Notes under the pieces: model-generated
The model's database searches: none
What the model saw: the letters and a program-made list of their open reading frames with translations, nothing else
What the model was told of the DNA's origin: nothing
From: Nemertoderma westbladi
Lineage: Eukaryota > Animalia > Xenacoelomorpha
Direction of reading: 5' to 3'
Assembly (NCBI GenBank): GCA_032718475.1
Contig: JAUCBJ010003548.1
Coordinates: forward strand, 81,828 to 145,827
DNA length: 64,000 bases
Shown here: piece after piece, positions 39,276 to 53,129 of the stretch
Layout: each line of letters begins with the position of its first letter
How positions within the stretch are numbered: the first letter of the stretch is position 1
Made by a program: the position numbers and the translations under genes

Positions 39276-40266
39276 TTCACGAACTAAAACATACTTATTC
39301 GAATGAATTTAACAACGGAAACACGCCATACGTATACAATATAATACGCAACCTAATAAACATTAAATACTAATTGCTGCATACGAAGTGCAAAGTGGCG
39401 CAATGTTAATAATGGGAACAGTTCATATGAATAAATAATTGGTGTATTTTATGAAATAAAGTAACATTTTGATAGACCAACACGTACTTTCCTACTAAAA
39501 AGGTGCATTGGAAACAACTGTTATATCTATGGATATTGGTTTAGGTGAACTAGAAATGTATAGGAAAAATTGTTCTAATAGTCTGTAGCTGTAGCTGCTA
39601 AAATATTTGGCAATACATGACTAATAAAATTTATATTTCAGTGATTTTATATGTAACCGTTATATGTAACCTGGCTTTAGTGAAAACCTTTTATTATTCA
39701 CATGGGAGAAAACAGCAAAGTGAAATATAACAGCAGAAAATCTGGTATACTTAAAAGGTATAGTTTTCTCCTGTCTAAGTGCGGTCCCCCAGAGGATCTA
39801 TATACTCCCCATAGGAAATATTTAGCTACCATTTAAAGATGTAAGACAGATATGCGCCCTGGCTAAGACCCTTTATAGCATTCGTGCCGAAACCAAATTG
39901 CCCTGGCCCCCATGCTGGGATCGAACCCTCGACTTCCGGAGACGGATATATGTGAATTCAATGCAACCACCAAGATGGGACTTCGCATGGGCCAGTTGAA
40001 TAAACCAAATTGATGTAAACAAGTAATGCACATATATATTAATTTATAAATTAAAGTTTTTATATTAATTAATTATTAATAATTCCACAAAGTCAATTAA
40101 GGCTTTAAGGGAAGGTAAGGTAAATATTGTACATACTAGCTGCAGGCCGCCCTTCGGGCCGCCTACAACTAGTAGCATGTGATCACACTAAAAACAATAA
40201 GTGACATTTACTATTTGGAATTTATGTCATTTTACATTTAATTATACAGAAACTAATTTAATTTGT

Positions 40267-40501
40267 GCAGTTTCTATCACTTATAATATATATATAATCA
40301 TTTCGTAATGTTACAATTTTGGAATAAAACTACATACATACTTGTTGCAAAGTACTTTACAGTGTTCTGATCCTCGTGGCTTTATTTTCATTCACTCACT
40401 AACGTTCGTTCGTGTAACAAAGCCACTCGTATCATCACACTGTAAAGTGCTACTTTGCACACAATGATGTAAATAGTTATTATTCCAAAATTGTAACATT
40501 A
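40267..40501. repeat. Palindromic element, repeated directly at about 42440-42655
   Basis: TGCAGTTTCTATCACTTATA...TGTTACAATTTTGGAATAA...TTATTCCAAAATTGTAACA hairpin; a near-identical second copy lies about 2.2 kb downstream. Confidence 0.75.
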
Positions 40502-42876
40502 CTCAACGCCGTTAGTATTAACAGCGAGTTGTTATTTAGCACTTTACAACTTTTGAGGACATTACATCATTGTATTGGCCTGTACATTTAGTATTGTAAT
40601 TGGTGTTATCCGTTAAGAAATGTCCCCTTAGTAGACATTACTTAACGCCGTCATTAGTTACCACGTAAACAATTGGTGGAAATTTGCCTAACAGCCAGAT
40701 AGGCCTACTGCATTACCTACCGGTAGGTGGGGTATAGCTATTAATAATCAGTAGGGTGAGTGAGGGAGACTTGAAACCCAAAAGTTATAATCGCTCTAAA
40801 GAACAGATAAATGAATTTTTCAATGCCGTTTTAACTTTTTCACATTACATTTATGATTGCTATCATTATGGGAGAGTTTGAGAATTTCAACTCTTAAACT
40901 TTTTTAATTAAACCAATCGTATTTTCGGAAAAGCGTCAAGTCTCCCTCAATGGGTGGAGACTTGACACCTAGGGTGGGAGACTTGAACCCCACCTCGCAT
41001 TCTTGTAAATTCGTTCAAAAATGCATAAGAAGTGTAATAATTACATGTTCAACATGTCTATTTTCTAGTAGAGCAGAAAAATTTCAATAAATGCCATTGT
41101 TAAATTGTTAAATTATTATCCAAAATTTTATACAAATTTAGGGGGTCGTTCACATGGTTCTCCCAACAAGAACTGAATAAATAATAGTTCATCAAAACCG
41201 CATTAAAATTTAACGCGGGAAGGTACTTTTTATTAATGAACATTGTTCGCGCTTTTAGACCTTTAGCAGTCTAACCTGCCAAATTTAGGTGTCTTCTAGG
41301 TTATAAATCGACTTTAGCCTATAACAAGTATTTGATACACATAAGTTACATTAGCCGAAGCCAGCCTATGCGCGATCATTCACCCACGGTTAAGGGAGAC
41401 TGGATTCGGATGCTCTGACCTTATTGCGGTGTAGGCCTACTGTACTATTCGATTGATCGTTAATATATAATCTCTGAAAAATATTATTCACTTTCGGGAA
41501 ATATTAACAATTCCTTTAGGACGTGGCGCTCTAAGTATGTAAACAGAGTTATGACTTACACTAAACACAACGGGATGGCTAATGATTCACGTATAAAGCG
41601 CATTCTTTAGGAAATGCTTTGTTATCTATCACACTCATGCACACTACCGCACACTGCTGCACACTGATCTGCCGACCTTCACTAATTTTAATCATAGATA
41701 AGGAGAACAGCAACTGACACATGTAGGGTCTATGAAATAGCATTCAATTCACTCCAAAACCACTATAATGTAAGTCGCAATTGCTATATGTAACCGGTCT
41801 CTCTAACCTTCAGTATATCAAGAAGATTGGGGTTTTCTGATTATTTATCGATATTCTCCAAATATAACAACATATCCATCAAATGATAACACTTAATAAC
41901 CGACAGTAAATAGCAGTAAAATAATGCGGTGTTTGTATGTGATCAGGTTTGACAATATGAGCAGTTTGTGATGTACTGATAACAGTTATACGTTTCTATG
42001 ATCAAAGCCGTTCTAATGTTTGGCTAAAGTCTGAAACACAGAATAATTCCACAGCCGATGTTCTGGGCTCAGGAAAAAAGGTAAACAAAGACCATAATGC
42101 ATTGCGCGATTTCCCGGAGGCTTCTGTGCAAATAAAATGAAAATCGCTCTGATTGGTCGAGCCGAACAAAGAACAAAGAAAGCTCTACGTGGACATATCA
42201 GCTGATAGATGTCGTCATCTGAACTACACTGTATCAAGAGTATTTTGGCGTATTGCGAATTAAAATCGCTAGTTATGTCCGCTAAAGTACACATACAGAA
42301 AAATGGCTTTTTATGTCCACTAAAACACCTACACAGTAAGAAAACGGCTTTTTATGTCCGTTAAAACACCTACAGAGTACTTTGCGGGGAAAATGACCAG
42401 CTAGATCCGCAAAAGCCTTTACAAATATCTTGTATAATTTGCAGTTTCTATCACTTATATTATATACAATCATTTCGTAATGTTACAATTTTGGAATAAA
42501 ACTACATACATACTTGTTGCCTAGTATTTTACAGTGTTCTGATCCTCGTGGCTTTATTTTCACTCACTCACTAACGTTCGTTCGTGTAACAAAGCCACTC
42601 GGATCATCACACTGTAAAGTGCTACTTTACACACAAGTATGTAAGTAAATAGTTAATATTATTATTATCATTGCCATGAGTAATCAAATTGAAAAGTTAT
42701 GTCAATGTCCTTCCTTGGCGACCTAACCGAAATAAACACCCTAGCATTTATTATTAGTAGTGCCAGTTGACCAATAAGACCAGTTTATATAAACACTATC
42801 ATTAGAGATACTTAGTGAATAGCTGCGGCATCGAATAGCATTTAACAAAAATAATCCGAAACTAATATATGATTTA

Positions 42877-43841
42877 GGCCCGGTTTCTCAAACTAAGTGC
42901 CCACTTATCCTAAAATGGCCACTTAAAAATTTTAAATGCCCACTTTGTTAAATGGCCACTTAGTTTAAGTTAAGTGTTGTTTTTCATAAAACGATAACTA
43001 CTGTAGCACTTAACTAAGTGGCCACTTTAATAATTTAAGTTAAAGTTTATCCTAAACTGAAAGTTTAATTCAATAGTTACCGGATCGGTAGCTAACAGTT
43101 CAATCAGTTAAATATGTTCATATGTGAATGGAAGATCAATTTAATTTATTTTTATTACGTCTTAGCAAAGGGTGAGAACGAAACAAAGACCTAAGACTTT
43201 AAAATAATATTAAATAATTTAAATAATAATCATTAAATAATTTTAGCAAGCTAGACCAAGAATAATAGTAGAACTCTATATAAAATTCAGTATCGTTATA
43301 TACTTGTACCGGGTAGGAGTCAATGGCACAAATTGACCGCAAACACAAAATACATTTTAGTGAGTTTGAAAATTAATTTAATTTAATTAAAAACATTAAG
43401 GGAAAGGAGCAGGTTACAGTGACACGGTGTTTTCTAACCAAAACAAAACAATACACTATACATTATTTTATTTGCGGTCAATTTGCGCTGAAGATCACTA
43501 TTTTCACTTGCGATCAATGTGCGCCACGATCTGACTTGTAGAGGATTGAGTTTGATGTTGTTTACTCTCGATTTTCGTTAATGCCTATTTATAACAAATG
43601 GAACAAAAGCCATAACATTAAAGGCACAAAGCAAACACTGCATTTTTTTTATTTATTTAAGTCTTAAGTGGCATGATGATAAGGTACCTCCCAGGGTTAC
43701 TTAAGTTCTCCCTTAAATGTGAAACTTTAAATGGTCCTTTAACTTTTGAGAAACTGCAAATAAATTTAAAGGGGCACTTAGAAACAAAACACTTAGTTTA
43801 AGTGCCCAATTTAAGTTAAGTGAGTTTTGAGAAACCGGGCC
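42877..43841. mobile_element. PIF/Harbinger MITE
   Basis: 16-bp TIR GGCCCGGTTTCTCAAA; TTA TSD at 42874-42876 and 43842-43844. Confidence 0.85.
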
Positions 43842-45432
43842 TTAGTGGAGCTCAATGTAGAATACAAGTTTGGATATTTAAAAATGGAGATAGAAAATAT
43901 AGCTATTTTCTTTCAAATTTAAAATAGCTAGTAATATTAAAAAAAAATTATTCATTTATTAATAATTGTATATTCCAAATTGAACACTTTTTTTAAAATT
44001 ACTAGCTATTTTAAAATAAAAAAAAACTAGCTATAATATGTTCTAGAACATTATATTTTCTATTTTATTTAAGTTCTAGAATAGTATATGTTAATTTTCC
44101 ATTGTTGTAGAACTCTTCAATGTTGCCAAGGTAACAATGACATAAGTTTTAAAAATGTAGTGCTATCCGGAACTCTAGCCATTTTTAAAGTGGCGATATT
44201 TTTACTCTCGATATTTTTAAACACGCGATATTTTTATTCTCGATATTTGTACTCGCGATATTTTTCTATATAACCCGTGCTAATGAGCGATTATTCGCCT
44301 CGAATCCCTCCATACCCAGCCGTTCAGTGTGGTTGACATTGCTCGTCTGTTGGCTCTGTTGTCGCTCAACCCCAACCCGTTATATAATTTCTTTCAATTA
44401 CTGTATTTAACAATTTATTTACAACAAATGTTAAATTAATAAATAATTTATACACTCCATCACCAATTTGACCATAAGGTACTATTAACTGTTAAAGTTA
44501 GTTGTTATCTATGACTGATATGGAGACGGAGGAATGAATATATTTTGTTTGATGGACTGGTGGTTGGTAGTTAATAGCATAGCTAGTATATGGTCACTAC
44601 CAACCAGTTAATTATGGTGTAAGTTGGTGTAACTCTGTGATGGATGGATATCATTACTATAAAATGAAAGGGGGGGGGGGGGGGGGGGGGTGGGGTTATT
44701 CATTCCTTCCCACCCACCCCGTTACTCGTAACTCCTAAAATTAGAAAACCTAAATTAGAAATTATTTATCGTTTCAAATTCATACATAACATATCTTGTC
44801 ACATTTAAGAAGATGCGTCTTGTTGAGCGTGTCAAAATTGCACTAGAGTTTTCAGGTATCATTTGAGATAAATAATACAGGTTAGTTAGCACCAATTTCA
44901 TGTAATCAGTTGTGTTGTTTGAGCGAAAAATAGAATTTATTCTCATTACGGTTCAACGGCATAATCATCATTACGGTTTCAACCGTTAGAAAGTCAGCCT
45001 TTACAAAATTACAAATGTAATGTTAATAGGTATTCCTGGTAGATTTGCTTTGTACAGTACCTACCTACTCTGACCTTTATGATTTAGATTAGATACTGAC
45101 TGGCCTGGGATTTACTAATTACATTATTTAAACAAATTCAACTGAATATGGTTTAGTTTATGAAATTACATTTGGCATTCGTTCATATCTACTAAACAAC
45201 AATATATATTGATTAACTAAGTGGGGTATATTTGGCTCATTCGTTAATAATTAACCAATATCCACTCCCTCAAACAAAAATTCATAATAAAGTAAACACC
45301 CGGTCATTATGAATATTCTCGGGCGGCTGACACACATTAGGATAATTCATTATCCTAGATTATTTGTTTAATTTATTAACAATTATTTAAGTAATTATTA
45401 ACAGCTATACAACTAACCAAGTACGAATATTA

Positions 45433-46120
45433 CTACTACTACTACTACTAGGTCGATCGAACTCGGACAGTGGAAATGAGATCCTTCCAGGCTTCCCGAT
45501 TCTCCATAGTTGTCTCAATTTCGTTTCTTTCAAGTTCATTATCCCTTTCAAGTTGATCTATATATGTTATGGCCGGTCGTCCACGACTACGCTTTCCATG
45601 AGTTGGTTGCCAGAAAAGTAGATCTGGTATGACCTCGTCTTTACTTCGCGAGCAGAGCCCACTGAATCTTAATCTGCGTTCACGGAGGGTGGTTGATACA
45701 GGCGGTATTGTACCATAAAGCTCGGCGTTTGTCATGTGTTGTCTCCAGCTGATGCTTAGGGCTGCCCTTAGTAGTCTTGTGTAGCAACCATCAATTCGTT
45801 GTTCAAGTGATTTAGTCAGTGTCCAGGTCTCACCCCCGTATAAAAATACACTTTCCACTGTGGCTCGAAAGAACTTAGTCTTCAGGTGCCTGGAGAGATC
45901 TGATTTCTAGATGGTATCCATTTTTGATAGAGCTACCCAAGCCTTTCCTTTCCTAACTTCTATGTCCTTTTTGCTACTCTCTATCCATGATCCAAGGTAC
46001 TGGAAGTCGTCGACCTTCCTTAGTTGATTATTATCAATTGTTGTCAAGTTTCCATCAACATTAAAGGCCATGAATTCGGTCTTGGTAGCATTTATATGCA
46101 ATCCAACCTCCTTCGCAGCC
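45433..46120 (-). mobile_element. 5'-truncated RTE-clade LINE (family A)
   Basis: RT C-terminus (FQYLGS, FLYGGETW, RRLRF); (TAG)n tail; 11-bp TSD TACGAATATTA at 45422-45432 and 46121-46131. Confidence 0.92.
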
Positions 46121-46145
46121 TACGAATATTATCATAGTACAAATC

Positions 46146-46603
46146 TGTGGCTGGCCACGAGAAAAGGGACCTTATGTCGCAAAACCTGATTCTGAGATAA
46201 TCGCGTTTAAAGTTTCCCTCTAATTTTGAACAAATTTAATTGGATTATCAATTTATAAATGTATAAAACGATGCGGGAAATTCAAATTGGTTCTGATATT
46301 CAAGATACCTAGGAAAGAACTAATTACATGAAGCAATATAAGATGTTGCAGTGTTGTATATAACACTGTTTTAGTGTTTTCATGTCTGAATTTAGGACTT
46401 TAATAAAAGGTACTAATACGGGTAGGTAGGAATAGAGCTACCCGAATCACCTTCACATAAATCGCTATAACTTTTTTTTGGAAATAGATATTGAGACACC
46501 GTTTTTTTTGTTAAAATCTCTGTAAAATTCTGCATCTCATAGGCCTAATAACTCAAAATCGACCTCCGGTAACATAAGGTCCCTTTTCTCGTGGCCAGCC
46601 ACA
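46146..46603. mobile_element. MITE with a perfect 32-bp TIR
   Basis: TGTGGCTGGCCACGAGAAAAGGGACCTTATGT and its exact reverse complement; no TSD recognised. Confidence 0.8.
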
Positions 46604-46879
46604 CTGATGAACTTCTTATTGAAGTTGTTGATTTGTTTTGGGTTTGTGCCACGGGATGGCACATAAACAGAATGGGTTATTAACGCTACGTCGACAGCAG
46701 ACAACCGACAGCCGCCAACAACAACCGATGGCAGTTATAAACGTTAATGTAAACGAACAGGTTACAGTACCACGTTATTCAATCCAAAGCAGTAAATGAG
46801 AGTCAAGAGCGCATGTTACAATTTTAATCTTGTTAGAAAAATCTGTTGTCGGCTTGTTGGCTGTAGGTTGTCGGCGAAG

Positions 46880-47275
46880 CGTTTACCTCCCACAATAATG
46901 CTGCACCAAATTTATTGTGTAATGTGCAATGTACACATTTCCCACCAGAACCTCTAGAGCTTTGGAGGTTCCTCAATAGACACCACAAGGTTGACACTTG
47001 AACCGAACCCGGACCCTCCTTGCAGGGCGAGGGCTTCAGCCGCAAGAACCAGCTTGTGAAATACCTTGGTCAATGGCAGCCCCATGGAAATAATAAACAT
47101 GGTTGGCAGCCCATGACTTTCTTGAGACGCCTCTTAAAGGACAATGTCCTTGAATATGTGGATAATCTGGAAAGGTCAAGGTTGAAAGGGAGTTGAGGCG
47201 GCGCAATAGATAAGCCGGCACGGCATAAAATTCTCAATGTAACTGTAATGCAGTATTCTGAGTATAGATAGAAAA
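46880..47275 (+). mobile_element. Decayed 3' fragment of RTE family B, just upstream of the EcKL start codon
   Basis: Reads QPHGNNKHGWQPMTFLRRLLKD, versus QPHGVNKHGGQPMTFLRRILKD in 26608-27276. Boundaries are approximate. Confidence 0.7.
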
Positions 47276-47366
47276 TTGAGAAGCACTCACGCACTATAAC
47301 GCTTTTAGTTTATAGAAATACTTCCATACTCTGAATTTATTGTAAGTAAACTGTTCTGCTGGAACA

Positions 47367-47499
47367 ATGGGGGAAGTAAAAGATGTTGTATCACAAGAAA
47401 AATTATTGGAGATAATAAAAAATATGGAGAAGCGAGATGATTTAGAAATTATCGATGTGCAGGTTAATCCAGGTTCTGAGCCCGGAAGAAACTACGTTG
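47367..47499 (+). CDS. EcKL/DUF227 kinase-like gene, coding exon 1
   Basis: MGEVKDVV...PGSEPGRNYV, then G|gtaagt (phase 1); GxNY is typical of the EcKinase N-terminus. Confidence 0.75.
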
Positions 47500-47861
47500 G
47501 TAAGTACCTCGTACACAAAGATTTTCTTGCTCCCCGAGAATATTCAAGGTTCCCTCCCATATGTGACAGATGGGTAGAGGGTGAAGATACAGTAGTCCCT
47601 TAGAGTTAACAACTTAAAGAAACCTAACTGTACTGAGCTCTGGGGTTCCAACTCACACCTTCCAGTTAGTATGTAGACACTCCAACATCCTGGATCGTTA
47701 ACCTTATTTGACATTTTATATGAACCGTTTGCACGTATTGTAGTCTGGCTAATTAGACCTAATTAAAAATTACAACATGCTGATATGATCATCTAAAGAA
47801 TATGAGACACGCAAGTATATGAGACATTGATTATTTGTAATATTTCCTGTATTCTTTTTAG

Positions 47862-48044
47862 CAAAAATATTCAGTCTGGATGTAAAAGTGAGAGTCGGCA
47901 AGGACAACCGAACTTATTATTTCATGGTGAAATCTGGAACACAGGGGATATTTCCTATGGAAGATTCCGAACTTGAATTTCTGTATGAAAGAGAATCGGA
48001 TGTATTACAAACTCTAATTCCAGATCTTCGGAGTTTCGCCAAAG
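47862..48044 (+). CDS. EcKL gene, exon 2
   Basis: ttttttag|CA AAA...AAA G|gtttgt, phase 1-1; KIFSLDVKV...FMVK...LYERESDVLQTLIPDL (ATP-binding Lys and helix-C Glu pattern). Confidence 0.8.
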
Positions 48045-48521
48045 GTTTGTATTTAGTGTCCAACGGTTCCGAATCATTAGTTTCTTTGGTCGCTCAAAGT
48101 AAAAACCGCCCATTTGTCATGGCCAGATTGGCACAACCAGTAGCCAAAATGTATTTATTATATTGTAATACAGTATATAAATCCTAGTGCGTATTATACT
48201 GTATCCTGCACTAGTACTGTAACCCAACAAGTTGAAAAATATGTGCTTTTTATTGAGGTGGCCAATACGTAATACACCTTCATTTTTTATGGAATATAAA
48301 CTGTCGGAAGTAAATAATAATGTGAAATTATTTCCCGTAGCAGGGAAATACACTTGAGTTGGATAACCTGACATACACAAAAGGGACTGTCAAAAGATGT
48401 GACATAAAATTCATTTTGGGATGGTATTTTTTGGTAAATTCAGTAACAGCCAACTACAGATAAATCAGTAGTGTTAAAATAAACAGTATGCTCACCATTA
48501 CAGCTACAGTATATTATATTT

Positions 48522-51500
48522 GTTTCAGAACGAGGATACGATAACGCTCTACCATTCTTTGCTACTTATTACAGAACGAGGATTCGATAACGCTCTACCA
48601 TTCTTTGCTACTTATTACAGAACGAGGATTCGATAACGCTCTACCATTCTTTGCTACTTATTACAGAACGAGGATTCGATAACGCTCCACCATTCTTTGC
48701 TACTTATTACAGAACGAGGATTCGATAACGCTCTACAATTCTTTGCAAATTGTTACGATTATTACAGAACGAGGATTCGATAACGCTCTACCATTCTTTG
48801 CTACTTATTACAGAACGAGGATTCGATAACGCTCTACCATTCTTTGCTACTTATTACAGAACGAGGATTCGATAACGCTCTACCATTCTTTGCTACTTAT
48901 TACAGAACGAGGATTCGATAACGCTCTACCATTCTTTGCTATTTATTACAGAACGAGGATTCGATAACGCTCTACCATTCTTTGCTATTTATTACAGAAC
49001 GAGGATTCGATAACGCTCTACCATTCTTTGCTATTTATTACAGAACGAGGATTCGATAACGCTCTACCATTCTTTGCTATTTATTACAGAACGAGGATTC
49101 GATAACACTCTACCATTCTTTGCTACTTATTACAGAACGAGGATTCGATAACGCTCCACCATTCTTTGCTACTTATTACAGAACGAGGATTCGATAACGC
49201 TCTACCATTCTTTGCTACTTATTACAGAACGAGGATTCGATAACACTCTACCATTCTTTGCTATTTATTACACAACGAGGATTCGATAACGCTCTACCAT
49301 TCTTTGCTACTTATTACAGAACGAGGATTCGATAACGCTCCACCATTCTTTGCTACTTGTTACAGAACGAGGATTCGATAACACTCTACCATTCTTTGCT
49401 ACTTATTACAGAACGAGGATTCGATAACGCTCCACCATTCTTTGCTACTTATTACAGAACGAGGATTCGATAACACTCTACCATTCTTTGCTACTTATTA
49501 CAGAACGAGGATTCGATAACACTCTACCATTCTTTGCTACTTATTACAGAACGAGGATTCGATAACACTCTACCATTCTTTGCTACTTATTACAGAACGA
49601 GGATTCGATAACGCTCCACCATTCTTTGCTACTTATTACAGAACGAGGATTCGATAATGCTCTACCATTCTTTGCTACTTATTACAGAACAAGGATTCGA
49701 TAACGCTCTACCATTCTTTGCTACTTGTTACGATTATTACAGAATGAGGATTCGATAATGCTCTACCATTCTTTGCTACTTGTTACAGAACGAGGATTCG
49801 ATAACACTCTACCATTCTTTGCTATTTATTACAGAACGAGGATTCGATAACGCTCTACCATTCTTTGCTACTTATTACAGAACGAGGATTCGATAACGCT
49901 CTACCATTCTTTGCTACTTATTACAGAACGAGGATTCGATAATGCTCTACCATTCTTTGCTATTTATTACAGAACGAGGATTCGATAACGCTCTACCATT
50001 CTTTGCTATTTATTACAGAACGAGGATTCGATAACGCTCTACCATTCTTTGCTACTTATTACAGAACGAGGATTCGATAATGCTCTACCATTCTTTGCTA
50101 TTTATTACAGAACGAGGATTCGATAACGCTCTACCATTCTTTGCTACTTATTACAGAACGAGGATTCGATAACGCTCCACCATTCTTTGCTACTTATTAC
50201 AGAATTAGGATTCGATAACGCTCTACCATTCTTTGCTATTTATTACAGAACGAGGATTCGATAACGCTCTACCATTCTTTGCTACTTATTACAGAACGAG
50301 GATTCGATAACGCTCTACCATTCTTTGCTATTTATTACAGAACGAGGATTCGATAACGCTCTACCATTCTTTGCTACTTATTACAGAACGAGGATTCGAT
50401 AACACTCTACCATTCTTTGCTATTTATTACAGAACGAGGATTCGATAACGCTCTACCATTCTTTGCTACTTATTACAGAACGAGGATTCGATAACACTCT
50501 ACCATTCTTTGCTATTTATTACAGAACGAGGATTCGATAACGCTCTACCATTCTTTGCTACTTATTACAGAACGAGGATTCGATAACGCTCTACCATTCT
50601 TTGCTACTTATTACAGAACGAGGATTCGATAACGCTCTACCATTCTTTGCTATTTATTACAGAACGAGGATTCGATAACGCTCTACCATTCTTTGCTACT
50701 TATTACAGAACGAGGATTCGATAATGCTCTACCATTCTTTGCTATTTATTACAGAACGAGGATTCGATAACGCTCTACCATTCTTTGCTATTTATTACAG
50801 AACGAGGATTCGATAACGCTCTACCATTCTTTGCTACTTATTACAGAACGAGGATTCGATAATGCTCTACCATTCTTTGCTATTTATTACAGAACGAGGA
50901 TTCGATAACGCTCTACCATTCTTTGCTACTTATTACAGAACGAGGATTCGATAACGCTCCACCATTCTTTGCTACTTATTACAGAATTAGGATTCGATAA
51001 CGCTCTACCATTCTTTGCTATTTATTACAGAACGAGGATTCGATAACGCTCTACCATTCTTTGCTACTTATTACAGAACGAGGATTCGATAACGCTCTAC
51101 CATTCTTTGCTATTTATTACAGAACGAGGATTCGATAACGCTCTACCATTCTTTGCTACTTATTACAGAACGAGGATTCGATAACGCTCTACCATTCTTT
51201 GCTATTTATTACAGAACGAGGATTCGATAACGCTCTACCATTCTTTGCTACTTATTACAGAACGAGGATTCGATAACGCTCTACCATTCTTTGCTATTTA
51301 TTACAGAACGAGGATTCGATAACGCTCTACCATTCTTTGCTACTTATTACAGAACGAGGATTCGATAACACTCTACCATTCTTTGCTATTTATTACAGAA
51401 CGAGGATTCGATAACGCTCTACCATTCTTTGCTACTTATTACAGAATGAGGATTCGATAACGCTCCACCATTCTTTGCTACTTATTACAGAACGAGGATT

Positions 51501-52870
51501 CGATAACGCTCTACCATTCTTTGCTACTTATTACAGAACGAGGATTCGATAACGCTCTACCATTCTTTGCTACTTATTACAGAACGAGGATTCGATAACG
51601 CTCCACCATTCTTTGCTACTTATTACAGAATTAGTAAGATTCGATAACGCTCTACCATTCTTTGCTATTTATTACAGAACGAGGATTCGATAACGCTCTA
51701 CCATTCTTTGCTACTTATTACAGAACGAGGATTCGATAACGCTCTACCATTCTTTGCTACTTGTTACAGAACGAGGATTCGATAACGCTCTACCATTCTT
51801 TGCTATTTATTACAGAACGAGGATTCGATAACGCTCTACCATTCTTTGCTACTTATTACAGAACGAGGATTCGATAACGCTCTACCATTCTTTGCTATTT
51901 ATTACAGAACGAGGATTCGATAACGCTCTACCATTCTTTGCTACTTATTACAGAACGAGGATTCGATAACGCTCCACCATTCTTTGCTACTTATTACAGA
52001 ATTAGGATTCGATAACGCTCTACCATTCTTTGCTATTTATTACAGAACGAGGATTCGATAACGCTCTACCATTCTTTGCTATTTATTACAGAACGAGGAT
52101 TCGATAACGCTCTACCATTCTTTGCTATTTATTACAGAACGAGGATTCGATAACGCTCTACCATTCTTTGCTACTTATTACAGAACGAGGATTCGATAAC
52201 GCTCTACCATTCTTTGCTACTTATTACAGAACGAGGATTCGATAACGCTCTACCATTCTTTGCTACTTATTACAGAACGAGGATTCGATAACGCTCTACC
52301 ATTCTTTGCTATTTATTACAGAACGAGGATTCGATAACGCTCTACCATTCTTTGCTACTTATTACAGAACGAGGATTCGATAACGCTCTACCATTCTTTG
52401 CTATTTATTACAGAACGAGGATTCGATAATGCTCTACCATTCTTTGCTACTTATTACAGAATGAGGATTCGATAACGCTCCACCATTCTTTGCTACTTAT
52501 TACAGAACGAGGATTCGATAACGCTCTACCATTCTTTGCTATTTATTACAGAACGAGGATTCGATAACGCTCTACCATTCTTTGCTACTTATTACAGAAC
52601 GAGGATTCGATAACGCTCTACCATTCTTTGCTACTTATTACAGAATGAGTAAGATTCGATAACGCTCTACCATTCTTTGCTATTTATTACAGAACGAGGA
52701 TTCGATAACGCTCTACCATTCTTTGCTACTTATTACAGAATGAGGATTCGATAACGCTCCACCATTCTTTGATACTTGTTACAGAACGAGGATTCGATAA
52801 CACTCTACCATTCTTTGCTATTTATTACAGAACGAGGATTCGATAACGCTCTACCATTCTTTGCTACTTG
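48522..52870 (+). repeat. 46-bp minisatellite (ATTACAG|AACGAGGATTCGATAACGCTCTACCATTCTTTGCTACTT)n, about 94 copies, derived from the exon 3 acceptor and 5' end
   Basis: Each unit is the first 39 nt of exon 3 plus ATTACAG; the last unit runs into the coding exon. Confidence 0.97.
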
Positions 52871-53078
52871 TTACGATTATTACAAAGATTCAACAGGTGA
52901 AGAAATATTGATAATGAATAATTTAAAGAAGGAAGGATTTCGAGTGATTCCTGATAATGTTATCTACAATGAGTCACATATCCGACTTTATTTAACCAGT
53001 CTAGCTGAGTATCATGCTCTGAGTTACGCTTGGTGTGATGGAGATAGAAAAAAACTTATTGAACATCCTGCATTAAAG
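52831..53078 (+). CDS. EcKL gene, exon 3
   Basis: ttacag|AA CGA...TTA AAG|gtatat, phase 1-0; PFFATCY...ILIMNNLKKEGF...HIRLYLTSLAEYHALS matches the EcKinase lvlEDL..GF and LA.fHA.S motifs. Confidence 0.85.
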
Positions 53079-53129
53079 GTATATATTGGGTGATACTAAT
53101 ATAAATACTATAAATATAAATATATAATA

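Noticed and set aside
46604-46630. CTGATGA followed by a hairpin (possible hammerhead)
   Set aside because: No GAAA core, stem III or cleavage triplet follows.
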